Shown: piece after piece, positions 18,636 to 26,549 of the stretch
Layout of the letters: every line of letters starts with the position of its first letter
Position numbering within the stretch: the stretch's first letter is position 1
NCBI GenBank assembly: GCA_019057385.1
Contig: JAHQJS010000007.1
Coordinates: 192,001 to 256,000 of the forward strand
Origin: Candidatus Borrarchaeum weybense
Lineage (GTDB): Archaea; Asgardarchaeota; Sifarchaeia; Borrarchaeales; Borrarchaeaceae
Direction: 5' to 3'
Length of the DNA stretch: 64,000 nt
Made by a program: the position numbers and the translations under genes
The notes under the pieces: model-generated
Database searches by the model: none
Seen by the model: the letters and a program-made list of their open reading frames with translations, nothing else
Told to the model about the DNA's origin: nothing

Positions 18636-19187
18636 TCACGCCTCCCTTTCCGTTCGTTGCACCAATTCAAGAAACGCTTCCTTAACATTTGCACCTGTTA
18701 CTGCTGATGTGGGAAAAATTATAGTAGGATCATTTATGTCCAAATGATCAGCAATAGCCTCAATAGGCAAGGAGTTTGGTAGATCCTGTTTATTTGCACA
18801 TATTACATATGGTAGATGTAATTCTCCGACAATCAAATGATGAATATCTTTTGTGACTGCAAAACTATCTATATTCGAGGAATCAATGATCAAAAACGCG
18901 CCAGTTGCACCTCTCCACCAGAGTTTCCACAGCGGTTGATAACGCTGTTGACCTCCCAACTCCCAACTCACATAACACTTACCATTATTCAAGGGCACCT
19001 TATAAAATGCAACTCCTGGCGTCGGGATATATGTGCCAGAAGAATTTAACTGAGTTTCCTCAATTATACACTCAAGACAGGATCCAAAGGTACTTTTCCC
19101 AGCACCTGCGCTGCCCATTAGCAAAAATTTTGCTACTTTTTCTTGTGTACTAGTAATCTTGTTAGCGGATAGCTGTTTAACTCCCAT
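18636..19187 (-). CDS. Small Ras-superfamily GTPase (Arf/Arl-like)
   Basis: G1 GSAGAGKST, G2 PTPG, G3 WELGGQ, G4 ANKQD, G5 TSAVTG; RYQPLWKLW switch II; GGTGA RBS. Confidence 0.92.
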   Translation of the reverse strand: MGVKQLSANKITSTQEKVAKFLLMGSAGAGKSTFGSCLECIIEETQLNSSGTYIPTPGVAFYKVPLNNGKCYVSWELGGQQRYQPLWKLWWRGATGAFLIIDSSNIDSFAVTKDIHHLIVGELHLPYVICANKQDLPNSLPIEAIADHLDINDPTIIFPTSAVTGANVKEAFLELVQRTEREA

Positions 19188-19361
19188 TAAAGTTTCACCA
19201 CAGACTTTTAATAACGAATTATTTAAAGTCCGCGTTTTTCTGTACCAAATTTGACTTTTGCTCCATTATAAAAATAGGACGAATTATTTACTCTTTATAT
19301 GAATTTTAAAACGACAAAACTTAGAAAAAGCCTATCCAAAATTTTGAGACATGTTAAGAAC

Positions 19362-21284
19362 TTATTTCTGATTCAGAATCATGTTTAAAGCAGATTTTGT
19401 TTTTTCTAACTCTTCGAAAGACAAATGGGATAGTAATGTATTTGAAAAATGCCCATATTGTTGGATATATTTGAATAACGCAGCAATTAGAGGAATGTTT
19501 ATTGACTCAGCTAGTTTATATGACCCTAAAATAATGAGTTTTCTCTTTGCTCTTGTAATTGCTACATTAATCCTACGACTATCTTGCAGTACCTTAGCAG
19601 CCTTAGGATTAATGCCGTCATCTACTAGTGATATAATGACAATGTTGTTTTCTCGTCCCTGATATGAGTCTATTGTGCTTGATTTTGTAAATGACCAAAG
19701 ATTATAGACATTGTTTATCTGTTTCGGGAATGTCTGCTTGATCAACCGCCCTATTAGTGTGGCTTGAAGACGAAATGGTGTAACTACAGCTATGTCTTTT
19801 TCAAGATAGAAACCCGCTTTGTGATATTCTTTCATGATTTTAATGACCAAGGCAGCTTCGCTTAAATTACATGCAGAATATCGTTTACCGAATAATTTCC
19901 AGTCAAAACCTTGCCCCCCATTATAGTTAAACGTATCAATCCATACGATAGGGTATCGACCAGAGAGACTATGACTCCAATTATCTCGATTTTGAGGAAA
20001 GTAGTCAATTTGAGTATTTTCTATTCCATAGGCAGTTTTCAATTGATCATTGTAGATAAAATGACTTGGAAACATCGAGATGTATTTATTAGAACGATAC
20101 TGTGTGTTCAAAAAAATGCTATGATTTGGATATTTGGAAATAAGGACTTCAAAAAGTGATTTTTCTAGCTGCTGCTTTATTGGTACATTAAAAATGGGTG
20201 GCAGTTGAAGATGGTCGCCTACCAGGATTATTTTCTTACCAAACACCATGCCTACAAGCGTTAAAGGTATGCTTGCCATACTAGCCTCATCAATAATGAC
20301 ATAATCAAATGGTGGATTGTTCCAATCAAAATTAGAATGAAGAGTGTATAATCCGGCTTTTGTTAATGTAGAACCGACGATTTTATGTGATTTCAAGTCC
20401 TCAAAATTTCTTATATTACCTAAAAGCGGTCTGATGTTTGGCAATAACTTGGCATTTACGCCTAATCGAAGAACTGAATGTCTGATGTCATGCTCTTTTT
20501 TTTCTTTAAGAGCTTCTATGATCTTTTCAAGAGCGTTATCTACGGCAATGTTAGTATGTGACGTTATAAGTACTCTTTGATTTCTTTTAAGCAACTGTAA
20601 AACCAATTCTGAGATCACGGTAGTTTTTCCAGTACCAGGAGGCCCATGGATCAGAAAGAAATAATTATCATCCGTTAAATTAAGGCAATGTGCTACAGCT
20701 TTCTGTTGTGATTCGTTTAGAAGTTCTGTGGTATGATTTAGAGTTATTGGTGTTATAGAATCATAGATGTCTTTATCTTCAAGAAGTGTTCTAAGCTTTC
20801 GTAGCTGTTTACTTTCGCTATTCTGAATCCTTTCCAAAATATTTTCTTGAATTCGTAGCAGAATTTGGTTATCAGCTTTTCGTAGATTAACTATGTCACA
20901 ATATTTTAGCTCCTGAGATGAAAATCTACCCGAAAATGAAATATAATAATCCTTGGAATCATAATCAATAATAATCCCATAAAGTTCATTCTTTGGGTAT
21001 GAATGTGTATTTAATGTATTTATGGTCGAAAAGAGCTTTTCTTCACCATTTTCCCACGTTGCTATAATTGCATCCCCAGGTTTAACTCTGAAATCGCCTA
21101 TTGTACGTATTTTTTCAACCTTTACGTCCGCTAAATAGGAATAATCCTTTGGTATATTAAAAGAAGGCTTTCCAATTAGCCTTGGGACTGCTCTTTCACT
21201 AGTATGTTCCTTATTCTTTGCCCTAGTTAAATAGTCCCATAAATAAGTATACGTAAATCCTTCAATGCCTGTTTCTAGACTCAT
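19362..21284 (-). CDS. Superfamily 1B helicase (DNA2/NAM7/Upf1-like)
   Basis: LNESQ, HGPPGTGKTT, SHTNIAVDN, IIDEAS, VGDHLQLPP, QYRSN, TIDSYQGRE, RINVAITRAK. Confidence 0.93.
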   Translation of the reverse strand: MSLETGIEGFTYTYLWDYLTRAKNKEHTSERAVPRLIGKPSFNIPKDYSYLADVKVEKIRTIGDFRVKPGDAIIATWENGEEKLFSTINTLNTHSYPKNELYGIIIDYDSKDYYISFSGRFSSQELKYCDIVNLRKADNQILLRIQENILERIQNSESKQLRKLRTLLEDKDIYDSITPITLNHTTELLNESQQKAVAHCLNLTDDNYFFLIHGPPGTGKTTVISELVLQLLKRNQRVLITSHTNIAVDNALEKIIEALKEKKEHDIRHSVLRLGVNAKLLPNIRPLLGNIRNFEDLKSHKIVGSTLTKAGLYTLHSNFDWNNPPFDYVIIDEASMASIPLTLVGMVFGKKIILVGDHLQLPPIFNVPIKQQLEKSLFEVLISKYPNHSIFLNTQYRSNKYISMFPSHFIYNDQLKTAYGIENTQIDYFPQNRDNWSHSLSGRYPIVWIDTFNYNGGQGFDWKLFGKRYSACNLSEAALVIKIMKEYHKAGFYLEKDIAVVTPFRLQATLIGRLIKQTFPKQINNVYNLWSFTKSSTIDSYQGRENNIVIISLVDDGINPKAAKVLQDSRRINVAITRAKRKLIILGSYKLAESINIPLIAALFKYIQQYGHFSNTLLSHLSFEELEKTKSALNMILNQK

Positions 21285-21579
21285 ATTTATTCAACCAAAG
21301 GAAAAATTCAATTAAGAAATCAAAAATTTCTTTCGTTTTACATTCACTTGTGCTTTCAAGAGATTCTTGTTTTTTAAATCTCAAACTATAGTTTCAAGTC
21401 AAATCTATTCAAAGACTCTATCAAACAGTTGAATACGAGAACGTATATAAACCCCGCTTTTTGAAATAGTACGAAAAAGATATCGCATTTCAAGAAGGCA
21501 TCGCAATATAAAGCCATCCAACTTGTTGGAAACTCAAACAAAAATGCGCTGGCTTTTTATATATGTGTTAAAATAGAGT

Positions 21580-21858
21580 ATGAGTGTAAGAATTATGCAG
21601 GTCGAAAGTGATCCTTGGGAAAAGCTAGATCGACTTCAAGAACTACCAACATTGTTAACTGATACGTTAACCAATACGATGAGTTTTATTTTTCGTATAG
21701 GCTGGATGGTCGGTGGTTTTGTCTTTGCAATTGGCTTAATATGTTACATGTCAGGGATTGATGAACGTAATGGCAAGAAAATGATCTTCGGCGGCTTTCT
21801 TTTGTTTATGCTATTTCTCTATTTAGATACTGGTGTTTGGATAACTCTGTTTGGATGA
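21580..21858 (+). CDS. Small two-TM protein, VirB2/TrbC/CedA1-like pilin candidate
   Basis: Amphipathic N-terminal helix plus a Gly-rich TM hairpin (IGWMVGGFVFAIGLICY-SGIDERNGKK-MIFGGFLLF); TTTTATATA box about 25 nt upstream. Confidence 0.5.
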   Translation: MSVRIMQVESDPWEKLDRLQELPTLLTDTLTNTMSFIFRIGWMVGGFVFAIGLICYMSGIDERNGKKMIFGGFLLFMLFLYLDTGVWITLFG

Positions 21859-21986
21859 AAATTGAAAATTAGATTGATTTTGTAGAGATAAACATCAAAA
21901 CCTGCTATTTTAATTTCTATAATTTATTATGAGAATATATCAGTTTTTTGAATGTCCATAAAAGACTAAATTTGCTTTGTCTCATA

Positions 21987-22032
21987 GTGACATCCTCCCC
22001 AGCCTTTCGGAAGGGGACTTCCCGCCGCATAA
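21987..22032 (-). mobile_element. Minimal IS200/IS605 end remnant (PATE-like palindrome)
   Basis: Minus strand reads TTTAA-CTTATGCGGCGGGAAGTCCCCTTCCGAAAGGCTGGGGAGGATGTCAC. It shares CCCTTCCGAAAGG with the IS left end near 2126 and ends in TCAC like the right end at 3885. Confidence 0.7.
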
Positions 22033-22263
22033 GTTAAAATTCAAAATTTTGTATGTCAGTGAGTTTCATATCAGTTCAAAATACATTCACTTAACTCTCT
22101 GCGAATTTAGTTCATCACATCCAATGAACTATTTGTTCAATCAAGTAGATATTCTTTATTAAAAATACTTATAAGATCAAAAGAACATCTATAAAAAATA
22201 TGGATTTATCTTATCATTAAACATTTTCCACCTTTTCATAATATGTCTCCTTGGTGGTGAAAG

Positions 22264-23280
22264 ATGAGCGAATACAGCCTTCAAACATGTAATGAATGTA
22301 AAGGTAATATAGTGCTAAATAGAGGGCTCTATGTATGTGAAAAATGTGGTCTGGTGGCTGAAACCCACTATGTTCCTCAAGACTACATTATCTCAGTGTT
22401 TACTGACGAAAAAGAAATAGCAAAACAATATGTGAGTCCTGGTGAGAGAATTGACATTGTTGATGGAATGGGTAGTTATATCGGAAATTATAATGAAAAA
22501 AACAGTCGAGATCATAAGGGGAAACATCTTTCAAAAGAGAAAGAACTCTATTTCAGAAAGTTAAACCGAATTTACAATTTTAGAGCGCGAATACGTCATA
22601 AAGAATCTCAATACAGAGTATTAAAATCATTGAATAGAGCTGTAACTCTTCTTCATCTTTCGGATAAAATAAAACAGAGAGCAGCATATATTTATCGTAC
22701 GAGTCTTAAGCAGGTTAGCCAGGATGAAATTTTAACGCACCCTGTTTTAATGGTCGCTGCTCTTTTCATAGCAATTCGAGAACGAAGAGCACCTGTCACG
22801 TTACAGGAAGTAATAAAAACGTTTGGACAACTAGGTCATAGGATCCCACCAAGAAAAGTCATCCGTGCAATTGAACTTCTAAAGAAATCTCCAGGAATTG
22901 AACTTGTACAAAGAAAAAGCGAAGATTACATCCCCAGACTAGTCAGTAAAGTCCTTAAGCACCCTGAGGTTATATTGAGACTTAAGAGAAGATTTTGGAC
23001 ATCATTTGAGTATCAAACACTTATCATGAAGGCAGCAAATACACTCTTAGAAATAGTAACTACTGAGCAACGCGGCGGTAGACATCCCTACATATTTGCA
23101 ACCTCAGTACTTTATGGAGCCGATTTATTAATTGCTAAACAGTTTGAACGGCGATCAGTCCTCACACAGAAATTGTTGGCAAAAATAGCGAATGTCGCTG
23201 AATATAGCATCCGCGATCATTACTGCACGTTGTTGAAAAAATACGTTAAGGGAGAACAAAAACCAAAAATGTTCGTTTAA
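22264..23280 (+). CDS. tfb: Transcription initiation factor IIB (TFB) paralog, divergent
   Basis: Zn ribbon CNEC..CEKCGLV, two cyclin-like repeats (AALFIAIRERRAPVTLQE; GRHP..A), terminal HTH TQKLLAKIANVAEYSIR; GGTGA RBS. Confidence 0.85.
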   Translation: MSEYSLQTCNECKGNIVLNRGLYVCEKCGLVAETHYVPQDYIISVFTDEKEIAKQYVSPGERIDIVDGMGSYIGNYNEKNSRDHKGKHLSKEKELYFRKLNRIYNFRARIRHKESQYRVLKSLNRAVTLLHLSDKIKQRAAYIYRTSLKQVSQDEILTHPVLMVAALFIAIRERRAPVTLQEVIKTFGQLGHRIPPRKVIRAIELLKKSPGIELVQRKSEDYIPRLVSKVLKHPEVILRLKRRFWTSFEYQTLIMKAANTLLEIVTTEQRGGRHPYIFATSVLYGADLLIAKQFERRSVLTQKLLAKIANVAEYSIRDHYCTLLKKYVKGEQKPKMFV

Positions 23281-23326
23281 TTTTTTTAAATTTTTCATAG
23301 GTATTGATGATTAATAGTTACTGGAT

Positions 23327-24034
23327 TTACCAAATTAGGATTTTTAGGAGGCTTTGGGTTAGTAAAAAAATGATAAAGAAGATCATTGCAGATAGAATGA
23401 GCATGGACCAAGAAGATTCCCCATCAGTGAATTCTGTGAGTTGGTAAGCAGTAAATATTCCAATGAAGAAAAAACCTACAAAAGCAGGCCAAAAACTTAG
23501 TGGATTAAAAGCCAGATTATTAGTAAGCTCTGAGACATTTTGTTGCCGAAGTAGGAATAGCATTGAAAAGAGAGGTGTAAGAGCGGCTATGTAACCCATC
23601 ACTAATGAAGTTCCTAATGATAAGATTTTGGTTTTAAGGTTTTTTGCTCTCAAGAAATGATTACGCTTTTTAATCAAGTTATTATTTTCCTCTAAGGCTC
23701 TAACCATAGAAAGTAGAACTTTGCCAGCCTCTATAGAATCTTTTTCTAGAAATTTACAGGTGAGCTGTAATAGATATCGACTGTTAAGATTATTGAGAGA
23801 TAAAGCAAGATCTTTCAAGATTTGTTTTAGGGGTAAAGCCCCAACAAATAACTGACGAACTGCTATCATAAAATGTGGTTTTAAAAACCCGTTATATTTA
23901 CTTAAAGCATAGGTAAACGCCTGTTCTGGGCAGATACCAAGTTTCAACTCATCAGCAAAAAAGCTTAGAAAACAAGCAATTTCACTCAATTCTTCATCTG
24001 ACTGTTGTAATACTATAGTTGACTGTTGTTTCAT
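23327..24034 (-). CDS. Type IV pilus platform membrane protein (TadC/GspF-like)
   Basis: ELKLGICPEQAF soluble domain followed by 3 TM helices; overlaps the upstream gene; downstream of the pilus ATPase. Confidence 0.7.
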   Translation of the reverse strand: MKQQSTIVLQQSDEELSEIACFLSFFADELKLGICPEQAFTYALSKYNGFLKPHFMIAVRQLFVGALPLKQILKDLALSLNNLNSRYLLQLTCKFLEKDSIEAGKVLLSMVRALEENNNLIKKRNHFLRAKNLKTKILSLGTSLVMGYIAALTPLFSMLFLLRQQNVSELTNNLAFNPLSFWPAFVGFFFIGIFTAYQLTEFTDGESSWSMLILSAMIFFIIFLLTQSLLKILIW

Positions 24035-24852
24035 CCGACCAGCTCAATTCTGTTACTTAAGACCTTATTCTTAATGATATACAATAGGCAAATGTGTAAA
24101 GGGATAATGAACAAGATGAAAGGAGAACTAGCAAACCCGTTGATGGATAAAAAGATGCCTAAAAAGATTGGAAGAAAAGTGGTTATTCCGATAGTTAAGG
24201 TTAAGCGGCTGTCTAATTCAATAGTGAAGCGATCGTAGGCATTACGCACCTCTGATTGAGTTGAATCTTTCATCAATTCAATGGTCGTTTCTAAATCATT
24301 AATCGCGAATAAACTAGATAGATGTTTTCGAAGCGTAATGGAAGGCTGTTTCTTAGCGTAATCTAATAAAAGCGTTTCTGGATCTTCGTTGTTGTTAACC
24401 TGAAAGAGTATTTTTTCGAAATCTTTTGAAACTTGTGGGAAATCACTTTTAGCAACGAAATATATCGCATCGAACGTTGACCCAGCTAATAACGCTAATA
24501 ACAGAGTATTCAAGATCAAGTCAGCATATTTCTCAATGTTTAGTCTTTCATGAGCATATCTTAGAGGAAGAAAACGCATTAATAATCCGTGAATAATATA
24601 TGCGAGAAGTAAAGCAACTGATGAAAAAAGCAGTGGAGAAAGGTCTAAAATAAGTGAAAAACTGGTAATTATTAGGAAAATAATGGTTGCGAAGGCTTTT
24701 GATCCAGCTGAAATATCCTCTGGAGTGAGATTTAACTCCTCATAATAACGACATGGCATTAGCAAAGCAGTGGGACAAAGTTTTTTTCCTATAAATTTGA
24801 AAGGTTGGATGGAAAGTGCTTTGCATATATTCATAGGCAGATTTGAAAACAA
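24031..24852 (-). CDS. Type IV pilus platform membrane protein (TadB/TadC-like)
   Basis: 2 TM + soluble (AIYFVAKSDFPQVSKDF...PETLL..YA..QPS) + 2 TM topology; in an operon with the ATPase. Confidence 0.7.
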   Translation of the reverse strand: MFSNLPMNICKALSIQPFKFIGKKLCPTALLMPCRYYEELNLTPEDISAGSKAFATIIFLIITSFSLILDLSPLLFSSVALLLAYIIHGLLMRFLPLRYAHERLNIEKYADLILNTLLLALLAGSTFDAIYFVAKSDFPQVSKDFEKILFQVNNNEDPETLLLDYAKKQPSITLRKHLSSLFAINDLETTIELMKDSTQSEVRNAYDRFTIELDSRLTLTIGITTFLPIFLGIFLSINGFASSPFILFIIPLHICLLYIIKNKVLSNRIELVG

Positions 24853-24866
24853 TTTGCAAACCTCAG

Positions 24867-26510
24867 CTATTCTTTAATCTGGTTAACAACATATTTGTAG
24901 AGAGAAGACCAGTCTATTTCGTTATAATGCATTCTATGTCTGAGTTTTTCAGTGTGTAGCCCATGGAAGATTTGTACATTGAGATAAGGGTCAAATAATT
25001 GGTTCTGAACCAGATAATTTAGTAGTTTTATGTATGTAGACATTTCTTCAATGAATTCTTCTAACGTTAACCCTTCAACCATTCTGATAGATTTCATGGT
25101 GGGGACGTCATATTGTTCTGTTAATGTTTTTATTAGCTGCTTATCAAGATCAAAGACATCGAATAACTGTATAGAATTAACTTTCAGATCGATTTCCAGC
25201 GGTATATCGGTTTTTTCAAATGGTTTTTCGACCTCACTTACTCGCCTTACCTTACGGATAAGTTTTTGATGGTAATAAGCCCGCATAAAGACGATGAGGT
25301 CTAAAGTTAATAGATTAATGGGAGCAATACCATGATGTTCTACCCAGCGGACAATCAGATTTTCAGGCGACGATGCGTGGCAGGTTTGAATTAAGTGTAG
25401 ACCTGCTGTAAGTGCATGAAATACTGCTTGAGAATGTTCCTGGGTTTGAATTTCCCCTAAGAAAACGTAATCAGGCGATCGATGTAATAATTTAACAATC
25501 TCTTTACTTTTGCTTCGTGAAGCATTCTCGCCTTCAAAGGGTATTACCTGTAGCCGTACTTGATGTTTATCGTAAGTATGTTGGGGGACGCTTTCGATGA
25601 CATCTTCGATGGTTATTTTTCGCCACTCAGGAGGAGTGATCAGATCCAGTGCATTAACTAGTGTGGTTTTACCCGAATTAGGTTCCCCAATGACCGTAAT
25701 ATTACAGCGTCGTAGCATAGCAAAATACAGGTAAGCGGCGATTTCCACAGGTAAAGTGCCATTCGCTACCAATTCTGGCAAAGTAAAGGCTTTACGCTTT
25801 AGTTTACGCACATCTAAATGCAAGCCATCGACAGCAAGAGGAGCGATGTCCATTGAAGTGCGAACATGAAAATTGTCAGTGATCAATTCTGTTTTGATAG
25901 AAGGATTACTTTCGTCCAGTAACAGACCGCTTTCATAGCGTAACCTTGTTTTTATACGTTCTAAATCAGCTTCAGATAAAATAACATTAGTCTTACAACG
26001 TCCCCAGGTGCGATGGTCTAAATAGAGCTGGGTGTTAGGACAATCTAGATAAAACTCTTCTATATGTTCATCCATAAGAAAAGGGGCAACCTTAAAGATA
26101 CCCGTTAGTTTATAGCAGGCTAGATCTATTAATTCATCTAAATCTTTCATTGATGCAAATTCAGGGTAATGTTTGTAAATATGCTCTTTAATTAGTGTCT
26201 TCCTCGTATTGAATAACTCTTGTAGGCTATAGAATCGAGGATCCAGAGGTTTGTTTTGAGTATCATTATCAAAGATCATACTTCCTGAAAGATGTTTCGC
26301 AATTGATTCAACGATTTCACCAAAAGGTGAAGTGTCTACTAGACTGTTATAGGCGTATAGTGCTTCGTTGGTATATTTTCCTGCACGCCTATATATTTTA
26401 ATATGATAAGGACCTATCTTGTACTGTTCAATTACTTTTGAGAATTCATCCATTTCCGAAAGATGAGAATGGGTCGAATCTTCATTAAGTTTGCATCTGT
26501 TCTTCTGCAA
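24867..26510 (-). CDS. Type II/IV secretion / pilus assembly ATPase (TadA/VirB11/CpaF family)
   Basis: PFLMDEHIEE, Walker A GEPNSGKTT, Asp box IEDVIE, Walker B PDYVFLGEIQ, His box TCHA. Confidence 0.9.
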   Translation of the reverse strand: MQKNRCKLNEDSTHSHLSEMDEFSKVIEQYKIGPYHIKIYRRAGKYTNEALYAYNSLVDTSPFGEIVESIAKHLSGSMIFDNDTQNKPLDPRFYSLQELFNTRKTLIKEHIYKHYPEFASMKDLDELIDLACYKLTGIFKVAPFLMDEHIEEFYLDCPNTQLYLDHRTWGRCKTNVILSEADLERIKTRLRYESGLLLDESNPSIKTELITDNFHVRTSMDIAPLAVDGLHLDVRKLKRKAFTLPELVANGTLPVEIAAYLYFAMLRRCNITVIGEPNSGKTTLVNALDLITPPEWRKITIEDVIESVPQHTYDKHQVRLQVIPFEGENASRSKSKEIVKLLHRSPDYVFLGEIQTQEHSQAVFHALTAGLHLIQTCHASSPENLIVRWVEHHGIAPINLLTLDLIVFMRAYYHQKLIRKVRRVSEVEKPFEKTDIPLEIDLKVNSIQLFDVFDLDKQLIKTLTEQYDVPTMKSIRMVEGLTLEEFIEEMSTYIKLLNYLVQNQLFDPYLNVQIFHGLHTEKLRHRMHYNEIDWSSLYKYVVNQIKE

Positions 26511-26549
26511 AACACTTCACCATGCTTATATGAGCTAAACGGTTTGACC

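Noticed and set aside
19362-21284. Eukaryote-like Upf1/NMD factor or defence-system helicase
   Set aside because: Only the generic SF1B core is recognisable; there is no CH domain, nuclease domain or adjacent defence gene.
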